Shown piece after piece: positions 18,896 to 25,229 of a DNA stretch of 32,000 bases. The position numbers and the translations under genes are program-made. The stretch is from NCBI RefSeq assembly GCF_022701215.1, contig NZ_CP089976.1:780001-812000 (forward strand). The letters run 5' to 3'. Within the stretch, counting starts at the first letter, position 1. Each line of letters opens with the position of its first letter. Source of the DNA: Moraxella nasovis. GTDB taxonomy: Bacteria; Pseudomonadota; Gammaproteobacteria; Pseudomonadales; Moraxellaceae. The notes beneath the pieces are model-generated. The model saw only the letters and a list, made by a program, of their open reading frames with translations. It ran no database searches and was not told the origin of the DNA.

Positions 18896-19798
18896 TTATT
18901 CTAAGCCAAAATGCAATCTATCATCATCTGATAACGTTTGGTTTGGCAAACGGTCAGCAGTCTCTAAAAGTGCAGGTATTTGGGCATTATAATAATCTAC
19001 TGCTTTTTGCTTTTTTTCCAGTTCGCTTTTGAAGAACTTAACCAGCTTGGTAACTTGTTCTTTTACTTTTGGTCTGCCAATAAATACGCCGTCTTTATAC
19101 TCACAAAGCTCTTTAACTTCCCAGTGTAAATCAATTGCGTCCGAACCTGTGCCACTTCCCCTTACTTCAGTATAACAATGGCTTGGAAAACGTTCTCGTA
19201 TTTCGTATAACTCACGTCTATCTACCAGCACATTATCAGCATTGACAAAACAATAACCAGTTTTAAAAACGGTTTTATAAGTTTCTTTTTTGCTATCCTT
19301 GCAGATTTCTCTTTGTTTTAATGGTTCGTTGTCAGCATAAATAACTTTATAACCTCGTTTACTTAATTCATATTCCATATAATCCCTACTACTTGGCAAA
19401 ACGTCAATCACATTATAAAAAACCGCTTCTAAGTATTCAGTTTTTTTGTATTCTTCAAAATCTGATTTAACTTGTTGCAATTCGTCATTTAATTTTTGCA
19501 ATTCTGATATTTTAGATTGACTTAACTCTAAATCTTGTTTGCTTGCTTTTAATTTACCCAAAAGCTCTCTGTTTTTGGCGGTTAATTTTGTTACTTCATC
19601 AGACTTGTCTAATAAGTTTTCATCAGATTTTTTAATAAATCTTTCATCATTTTGGTTTTTATTTTCTGATAAATTTTCATCATTTTTGGATAAACTTTCA
19701 TCTAAATTTTGGGTTAAATTTTCGTTTTGTTTAAGCAAATTTTCATCATTTTGCACGTCTAAAACGTCATCATTTTGGGTTAAATTTTGTTCGGTCAT
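18896..19798 (-). CDS. Hypothetical protein; acidic repeat N-terminus plus coiled coil, in the scaffold position upstream of the capsid gene
   Basis: 300 aa. Residues 1-70 are degenerate (D/N)ENL(L/S/T) repeats. Residues about 70-120 are heptad-like (LLGKLKASKQDLELSQSKISELQKLNDELQQVKSDFEEYKK). I recognise no catalytic motif. The scaffold call rests only on position and composition. Confidence 0.45.
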   Translation of the reverse strand: MTEQNLTQNDDVLDVQNDENLLKQNENLTQNLDESLSKNDENLSENKNQNDERFIKKSDENLLDKSDEVTKLTAKNRELLGKLKASKQDLELSQSKISELQKLNDELQQVKSDFEEYKKTEYLEAVFYNVIDVLPSSRDYMEYELSKRGYKVIYADNEPLKQREICKDSKKETYKTVFKTGYCFVNADNVLVDRRELYEIRERFPSHCYTEVRGSGTGSDAIDLHWEVKELCEYKDGVFIGRPKVKEQVTKLVKFFKSELEKKQKAVDYYNAQIPALLETADRLPNQTLSDDDRLHFGLE

Positions 19799-19847
19799 TT
19801 TTGTTACTCCGATTGGTTTTTTAAATCATTGATGGGTTTTTTGGGGT

Positions 19848-20028
19848 GGTATCCCTTTTTTGTTTGTCATCTTGGGCATCTTGGTCATCTTGTAGTATTT
19901 TCAAGGGTTGTAGCGGTTTTTTGGTTGGGCATCTTAAAATCAAGATGACCATGGTAAAAACTCTGTAAGCCTTGATTTTACTTTAAGTTGCCCAAGATGA
20001 CCAAGATGACCATATAATAAGGGATACC
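19848..20028. repeat. Iteron-rich, globally palindromic intergenic region; candidate replication origin of the island
   Basis: Three tandem 9-mers of (T/G)CATCTTG(G/T) lie at 19867-19893. An inverted pair GCATCTT/AAGATGAC lies at 19929-19949. Two tandem CCAAGATGA copies lie at 19992-20009. The outer inverted repeat is GGTATCCCTT (19848-19857) and AAGGGATACC (20019-20028). The region lies immediately 3' of the rep helicase gene. Confidence 0.6.
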
Positions 20029-20050
20029 TACCTAATTTTTGCCTTTATGA

Positions 20051-21433
20051 TTAGTTTTTTAAATCAATAAAGATACTTGGCTCGTGGTTTTTATAAGCAG
20101 GTTTTAAGCTCCAATACCAGCCATCTTTTTTCTTTTCAGGGCGGTTACAAACCTTTTCCCTTGCACTTCTAATCTGCTTAATAGTAAACCCTGCTTCTTT
20201 GGCTTCTTGTTCAATTTCCGATACTTTCATATCGTCCACATCTAGAAGTATTTCTAATAAAAATTGTTTGGCATAATCTGCACTTGACATCTCCTTTTCT
20301 TCTTCGGTTTGTTCGGTTTGGTTTAGTAATTCTTTGGTTGTACCTTGCTTAAAATTACCCCATTTTATGCGTGTGGTATCTATATCATCAAGTTGGCAAG
20401 GCTCTATAAAATACTCAAAACCACCATCAATCTTTGCGATATTGGTTTTGGTCTTGGTAAAGATATTTGGCTTGTCAGGCTCTTGTGCTGGTGCTGTTAC
20501 CCATGCCATGCGTGCTAAGGCGGTAAATGCCTGAGAACCGATAACTCGCTCCGTTGGGTCTTGCCCTTTTGTACCTTTGGCAAAATGGGTGATACCAACA
20601 ATGGCAAAATCTAACTCATTTGCCATTTTTACCAATATATCCAAAGACGCTCGCACTTCGTTGGCATGGTGCATATTACCGCTTACCACCGCCAAAATAG
20701 GGTCAATCATCACAAGGCGAACATCACGCCCTTGTAATGCTTCTGCAAGCCGTGGCAAGTCTTCTGATGGGTCAAAATACCGCTCTTCTCCCTTTTCCAT
20801 CACGCTATCTACAAAATGCACTTTGGATAGGTCAGCTCCCATTGCTTTTAAGCGTGGCGTTAGTGTGTCGTGAATGTCATCTTCGGTAGAATAAATCACG
20901 CATTCGCCCACATTGTCGCAAATACTCCCATCAGGGAATGCACCGCCTGTTGTGATGGCTCGTACTAGGTCTAATGCAATGGTGGTTTTACCACTACCGC
21001 CAGCCCCTGCAAAGGTGGTTAATTTGCCAAGTGGTAACCAGCCACGCCATAGCCATTTTATCGGCATAGGCTTCACATCAGAAGCACAAATTAAATTAAG
21101 CTCACCGCCTTGCTTAAATAAGGCGTTCAAGCTTTGCAAAGTGGGATTATTTGGCATTTTTACCAAAAACTTCTTATCCCCACCTTTTAATAATTCGCTT
21201 TGGGTGATAATTCTGATATTTTTTCGCTCTTCTATGGCGTTATCCACCAAGGTGTTAATATCATCATAAAAAACCACGTCAACACCGATTTTCATTAAGG
21301 TATCATGCACATCAATATCATCGGTTAAGATGATATTGTTGCTTGTTACTCGTCCTTTATAAAAACCGTTTGGATTTATTTTGAATTTTGGGTCTATGCT
21401 ATCAATTATCATCACAAGGCTCCCACTCTTCAA
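20051..21433 (-). CDS. Replication initiator/helicase, RecA-like AAA_25 (RepA/DnaB-like) NTPase
   Basis: 460 aa. It carries the pattern IKWLWRGWLPLGKLTTFAGAGGSGKTTIALDL (Walker A), Walker B VRLVMIDPI, and GITHFAKG. This pattern is typical of the replication proteins of P4/PICI-like islands. I see no primase motif. Confidence 0.78.
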   Translation of the reverse strand: MKSGSLVMIIDSIDPKFKINPNGFYKGRVTSNNIILTDDIDVHDTLMKIGVDVVFYDDINTLVDNAIEERKNIRIITQSELLKGGDKKFLVKMPNNPTLQSLNALFKQGGELNLICASDVKPMPIKWLWRGWLPLGKLTTFAGAGGSGKTTIALDLVRAITTGGAFPDGSICDNVGECVIYSTEDDIHDTLTPRLKAMGADLSKVHFVDSVMEKGEERYFDPSEDLPRLAEALQGRDVRLVMIDPILAVVSGNMHHANEVRASLDILVKMANELDFAIVGITHFAKGTKGQDPTERVIGSQAFTALARMAWVTAPAQEPDKPNIFTKTKTNIAKIDGGFEYFIEPCQLDDIDTTRIKWGNFKQGTTKELLNQTEQTEEEKEMSSADYAKQFLLEILLDVDDMKVSEIEQEAKEAGFTIKQIRSAREKVCNRPEKKKDGWYWSLKPAYKNHEPSIFIDLKN

Positions 21434-21587
21434 AGATGGTTACTTTCTTTTGGGTTAGGATTTCAGCATTTGGACAATTACTCTTAATTTGTCTGATATG
21501 CTTAATTGCCTGCTCTTTTGATGAAAATAACTGCAAAGACATAAATCCTTTGGTAAGACAACTCACCACATACTCATAATGGGTCAT
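21402..21587 (-). CDS. Hypothetical protein (61 aa)
   Basis: Its ATG overlaps the stop of the upstream 80-aa ORF by 4 nt, and it overlaps the rep start. No motif recognised. Confidence 0.5.
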   Translation of the reverse strand: MTHYEYVVSCLTKGFMSLQLFSSKEQAIKHIRQIKSNCPNAEILTQKKVTIFEEWEPCDDN

Positions 21588-21826
21588 GCTTCATCTCCCA
21601 AACTATCTAACAAATCATGCGTTTTTTGGCTGTCTTTGTAGGTTTGTTCCACCTTTTCCCAAAGTAGAAAAATTAGGCTGTTAACTCTCTCTTGTTCAAA
21701 ATTTGGGTTGCAAGTGTACTCATACAATAAGCCCATGATATTGTTAATGTCTTCAAGCGAACTCATAACGTCTTCAGCATGGGCTAGGGTGTTGCATTGC
21801 TTGGCGGTTAGGTTTTGATATTTCAT
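21584..21826 (-). CDS. Hypothetical protein (80 aa, predicted helical)
   Basis: It shows a 4-nt ATGA overlap with the upstream ORF and with the downstream ORF. No motif recognised. Confidence 0.55.
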   Translation of the reverse strand: MKYQNLTAKQCNTLAHAEDVMSSLEDINNIMGLLYEYTCNPNFEQERVNSLIFLLWEKVEQTYKDSQKTHDLLDSLGDEA

Positions 21827-22407
21827 TTTGCACCCCCTTTAAATACGCCTAGAATGCGTTTTAAGGCACTTTTAGGCTTAGGTGGTGCATAGGTAGCACA
21901 AGGGGCGTTATTAAGCGATTTTAGGGCGTGTATGGCGTTATAAATGGCATTGGCACGCTCACAATAGCCGTTAAAGGGTTCTTGTGCGTGTAGCTCGTTA
22001 TAGCGGTGGTATTCGTCTGATAGAACGGTTAGGGAATGATTTAAGATAGATTGGTTCATGGCGAACGCTCCTAGATATTTAGTTGCTTTTACCACCCAAC
22101 AAATGGGGTGGCAGGTCTCAACTACCGTATCTAGACGGCTGGGGCTATTTCCTTTCGGTCTTGTATTTGCCCCTATCAACCCGCCATAAACTGATTTTTC
22201 AGAATATGGGGTGTTTTCGCCTGTGGTGGGCGAAAAAATAGCCAAAGTATGACGGTTTGGCTTTACCGCTAGATATTTAGTAGTGGGCGTATTATTGCCT
22301 AAAATATCATTTTTTGAAAGTGAAATAATTTCATCAAAAACCTGTTTTAATTTAAAATAATTCATGTTATACTTACTCACATTAAAAACTTCTCTTAAGT
22401 TTGTCAT
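21823..22407 (-). CDS. Hypothetical protein (194 aa from the ATG at 22407; an alternative internal start at 22059 would give 78 aa)
   Basis: An open frame of 199 codons, although the track start is a TTG. The ATG at 22407 follows AAAGGGGG. An in-frame ATG at 22059 has a perfect AGGAG site with an 8-nt spacer. The N-terminal half is low-complexity (rich in T, P, G, N, S). Confidence 0.5.
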   Translation of the reverse strand: MTNLREVFNVSKYNMNYFKLKQVFDEIISLSKNDILGNNTPTTKYLAVKPNRHTLAIFSPTTGENTPYSEKSVYGGLIGANTRPKGNSPSRLDTVVETCHPICWVVKATKYLGAFAMNQSILNHSLTVLSDEYHRYNELHAQEPFNGYCERANAIYNAIHALKSLNNAPCATYAPPKPKSALKRILGVFKGGAK

Positions 22408-22444
22408 AAACCCCCTTTGCAAAGATTGGTAAAGGGGTGTTTTT

Positions 22445-22633
22445 TTATTTGCCCTGTGCTTCTATCCATGCGTGAATGTCGCTGTTACGCCATGCGGTCA
22501 TAGTGCTGGATAATTTGACTGGTTCAGGGAATTTGCCTTCCCTTACCCATTTCCATACGGTGGATTTACCAATGGGTAAAAAAGGTAAGATTTGATTAAT
22601 ACGGCTCATGCCGTCTTTGGGTAGGTTTTGCAT
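22445..22633 (-). CDS. alpA: AlpA-family transcriptional regulator/excisionase-like HTH protein
   Basis: 62 aa. ILPFLPIGKSTVWKWVREGKFPEPVKLSSTMTAWRNSDIHAWIEA matches the AlpA/Phage_AlpA pattern (STIYR..K.G.FP.PVKLG.R.V.W...DI..WI). A GGAG site lies 8 nt upstream. Confidence 0.85.
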   Translation of the reverse strand: MQNLPKDGMSRINQILPFLPIGKSTVWKWVREGKFPEPVKLSSTMTAWRNSDIHAWIEAQGK

Positions 22634-22713
22634 AAATACACTCCATAATGGTCTAGCGTTGTTTGTGGGTGTATTTTAGGTGCATTGATAAAATGAAAAA
22701 AGACTAAATAGCC

Positions 22714-22740
22714 GTAAAAATAGGGCTATTTAGCCCTAAA
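22714..22740 (-). terminator. Hairpin plus U-tract between orf238 and alpA
   Basis: TAGGGCT (22721-22727) pairs with AGCCCTA (22732-22738) around a 4-nt loop. On the minus-strand RNA it is followed by UUUUU (22720-22716). Confidence 0.5.
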
Positions 22741-22759
22741 AGCTACAACAAAAAAGGGC

Positions 22760-23476
22760 TTATTTGTCCTTTTGATTGTAATAATACTTGTCGTTTAGAT
22801 ATTCAAGCCAATTTGCAACAGTTTCTTTGGCTATACCTACTTTATGCTTATGGGTTAAGTTTAGCAATATATCATTTAAATTGCCTTTGGTTGTGCCGTC
22901 TAGTGTGTAACCGTGTTCAGTCATCAAAGCATATAATAATTTTGATATGGTGCTTTTGCTGTTGGGGGTTAATCCTTGTTCACCAACTTGTAATAGCTCG
23001 TTTTGTAGCTTTTCAACCTGTTTATTTAAATCATTAATAATTTTATCTTGTTTGGCAATTTTGTTTGATGGCTCATCATGCTTTTGTTGCGTCAGCATTA
23101 AGATAACTTCTCGCAATGCCTTGTTTTCTGCTTCTAGCTCGTTTATCTTTCGTTTTAGTTTTTTGTGCTTTTTATCCGTCTGTGTGGGCGTTACATCAAT
23201 GACAATGGGCTTTCTTTTTTGATCTTGTAGCGTGTGTGATATTTTTTTCAAGTACGTGGGATGTCTTTGGTCTTGTAGCGTGTGTGATACTATGCTTGGT
23301 GGCATATTCGCCATTAGCTTTTGCACCGCCTGTTGTACCTCTATTGGTGGTCCAAATACCTCTTGAAGTTGCTGTATAACTTCATCAATCAATTTGGCAT
23401 TTTGCCTAAGGGCAGATTGTAAATTCGTTTCTTGATAATCTGCTATTGTCTTATATAGTGATGGTGGAATTTTCAT
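22760..23476 (-). CDS. Hypothetical coiled-coil protein with a possible C-terminal DNA-binding tail
   Basis: 238 aa, starting 16 nt after the int stop with an AAGG ribosome-binding site. It has a central heptad region (KKLKRKINELEAENKALREVILML...INDLNKQVEKLQNELLQV) and a duplicated SHTLQDQ segment. The C-terminal tail STISKLLYALMTEHGY...GIAKETVANWLEYL resembles an HTH. Confidence 0.6.
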   Translation of the reverse strand: MKIPPSLYKTIADYQETNLQSALRQNAKLIDEVIQQLQEVFGPPIEVQQAVQKLMANMPPSIVSHTLQDQRHPTYLKKISHTLQDQKRKPIVIDVTPTQTDKKHKKLKRKINELEAENKALREVILMLTQQKHDEPSNKIAKQDKIINDLNKQVEKLQNELLQVGEQGLTPNSKSTISKLLYALMTEHGYTLDGTTKGNLNDILLNLTHKHKVGIAKETVANWLEYLNDKYYYNQKDK

Positions 23477-23492
23477 AAACTTACCTTAAAAA

Positions 23493-24830
23493 TTAGCCCG
23501 CCAAAACTTCTAACCGCTCCATGCGGTGAATGTCTAGCTCGTCTTGAATTTCCTGCTCTTTGTATCTTAGGCTTTGTAAAAAGCTAATAAACGCCATTTC
23601 ATTGCCGTCAGCGGTCGATTTGGCTTTGTAGGTGCTAAAATCCCCTTGCTTGACTTCATTTACAACATTTGCCCAGTCATTCACCATCTTTATTCGTGCT
23701 GGTAGCAGATTAGCGGAGTTATAGGCTCTTACCGTCTTACTGCCTTGGACGTGGGATAATTGTAGCTCTATGGCTTGTGGGTTGTACTGCATTTCATAAA
23801 GTGAAGTACTAGCCAAGCCCCTAAATCCGTGTCCTGTCATTTTGTCTTTGTAGCCCATGCGTTTTAGGGCAACAGTAAAGGCATTGCTACTTAATACATT
23901 ATCCTTACCCCTATTGCTAAAAAACACAAATTCATCATGCAAATGCCATGATTTAATCGTCTGCAAAATCTCTATCACTGGTGGGGCTAGTGGCACAACA
24001 TGGGGTAAGCCGTTTTTCATGCGGTTAGCAGGGATATTCCATAAGCAATTATCAAAATCCAACTCTTGCCATGTCATGCCTAATAGCTCTTTGGTACGAA
24101 CGAACGTATAACACAACACATAAAAGCCAAATTTAGTTAATGGCTCACTATTTGAAGTATCAATGTCGGTTAGTAGCTTTGGTAGCTCGGTTATTTTTAT
24201 GCGTGGATAGTGCTTGCTTTTATGCTCTACTAATGATTTATGAATACCCCTTGGAATGGGGTTAGCAAGGTTTGGGGCAAGCCCTTTGATGATTGCATGG
24301 TCGTAAATTCTGCCAATATCAGCAATAACCTTGTGGGCGGTGGACGTTTTGCCTTGCAATGCCAAACGGTCATGCACCGCCATAATGTCAGGCAATCGCA
24401 CGGTGTAAATGTCTTTATCACCTAATAGGGGCTTGATATGGTTGTAATAAACCCCTTTATCTCTTTTAAAGGTATGCGGTTTTATGCGTGTTTGTTGGTG
24501 TTCAAACCATATTTGGGCAAAATGGTCAAAGTCTAGGTTGTCTTTTTGCTTGGCTTTTTGGCGTTCGTCTTTGGGGTTAATGCCTTGTGCTAGGTCATTT
24601 CTAATTTTGGTGGTTTCGTTTCGTGCGTCTGCTAAACTGATAAATGGATACAGTCCTAAACTGATATTTTGCTGTTTGCCTTGATAGCGATAAGCAACCA
24701 CCCATGATTTAACACCTGTGTATCTTACCCATAGTTGCAAGCCGTTCATGTCGCTGTACTTGTCAGGGCGTGTGGCGGTGCATTTATCGGACGGTTTTAA
24801 TTTCTTAATAGCGGTATCGGTTAAAGCCAT
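23493..24830 (-). CDS. int: Tyrosine recombinase/integrase, P4 (DUF4102-N-terminal) type
   Basis: The N-terminus MALTDTAIKKLKPSDK...NGLQLWVRYTGVKSWVVAYRYQGKQ is DUF4102-like. Catalytic residues are seen in TFVRTKEL (R), HGFRGLAST (HxxR) and LSHVQGSKTVRAYN (H...Y). I prefer the ATG at 24830 to the GTG at 24848. Confidence 0.92.
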   Translation of the reverse strand: MALTDTAIKKLKPSDKCTATRPDKYSDMNGLQLWVRYTGVKSWVVAYRYQGKQQNISLGLYPFISLADARNETTKIRNDLAQGINPKDERQKAKQKDNLDFDHFAQIWFEHQQTRIKPHTFKRDKGVYYNHIKPLLGDKDIYTVRLPDIMAVHDRLALQGKTSTAHKVIADIGRIYDHAIIKGLAPNLANPIPRGIHKSLVEHKSKHYPRIKITELPKLLTDIDTSNSEPLTKFGFYVLCYTFVRTKELLGMTWQELDFDNCLWNIPANRMKNGLPHVVPLAPPVIEILQTIKSWHLHDEFVFFSNRGKDNVLSSNAFTVALKRMGYKDKMTGHGFRGLASTSLYEMQYNPQAIELQLSHVQGSKTVRAYNSANLLPARIKMVNDWANVVNEVKQGDFSTYKAKSTADGNEMAFISFLQSLRYKEQEIQDELDIHRMERLEVLAG

Positions 24831-24881
24831 GAATGATAAGCCTTGCACGTGGATTTGTTGGTATTATAAGGAAATGAACTA

Positions 24882-24903
24882 CAATACCAACAATAATACC
24901 AAC
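24882..24903. repeat. att direct repeat at the integrase-proximal end
   Basis: CAATACCAACAATAATACCAAC, identical to 15848-15869. An inverted copy of the sub-repeat (TTGTTGGTATTAT, 24855-24867) lies just inside the element. Confidence 0.8.
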
Positions 24904-25229
24904 TTTTTTCATGGCTTGCAATAGATAATCATAGACAATCACGGATAACAAAACCGCTAAAACCCTAGAAATAACAAGGGCTGTCGCATGATTATGGACA
25001 ACCCTAGATTATAGTATGGTCTCTAGTATAAAGACAAAACTCACCAAAACCATCTAAGCCAAAATTCAACCCTTTATCTATTTGACTTAAAATACTGATG
25101 CCAAAAAGACAAAACATACATGTATTTAAAATTTAGCTGGCAGTTTTGACACAAAAAAACAACCGCCTTATTTAGCGGCTGCTTTTTTTGGCTTGCAATA
25201 CACCTTAATATAGACTCTAAAGCACTACA

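Larger units (their letters stand above)
15848..24903. mobile_element. Integrated phage-satellite-like island (PICI / capsid-forming-PICI-like), 9056 bp including both direct repeats
   Basis: Perfect 22-bp direct repeats mark both ends. An integrase sits about 50 bp from one repeat. The 11 co-oriented genes comprise int, alpA, rep helicase, major capsid protein, terS and terL. No tail, lysis or portal genes are present. Confidence 0.85.

Noticed and set aside
15848-24903. Interpreting the island as a complete or cryptic temperate prophage.
   Set aside because: At only 9 kb it has no tail, baseplate, lysis, portal or CI/Cro-type genes. The int-alpA-rep organisation and intact direct repeats fit a satellite better. 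A deletion remnant cannot be fully excluded without comparative genomes.
16515-24924. Plus-strand ORFs inside the island (for example 16515-16908, 18195-18389, 19539-19832, 20334-21269, 21388-21579, 22813-23222, 23857-24684 and 24718-24924) and the minus-strand ORF at 24230-24421.
   Set aside because: All overlap the eleven co-oriented minus-strand genes, which have motifs, ribosome-binding sites and translational coupling. The translations are Cys/Ser/Phe-rich and look like noise.
15781-25036. A 12-bp repeat, TAGTATAAAGAC, at 15781-15792 and 25025-25036, lying outside both att repeats.
   Set aside because: It is short and AT-rich. The expected chance occurrence between two AT-rich intergenic regions of this size is not negligible. 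Flanking bases do not extend the match. I do not treat it as a second att or a tandem-island scar.
25140-25200. A possible terminator downstream of the M16 peptidase gene (AACCGCC...GCGGCTG flanked by A and T runs).
   Set aside because: Only about 4 contiguous base pairs can be drawn. It may still function, but the structure is too weak to annotate.
15364-25229. A tRNA or tmRNA gene expected next to a P4-type integrase.
   Set aside because: I scanned both junction regions by eye for acceptor and T-arm patterns (GGTTCGAATCC-like, CCA ends) and found none. The att core is an AT-rich repeat and is not tRNA-like. This needs confirmation with tRNAscan-SE or ARAGORN.
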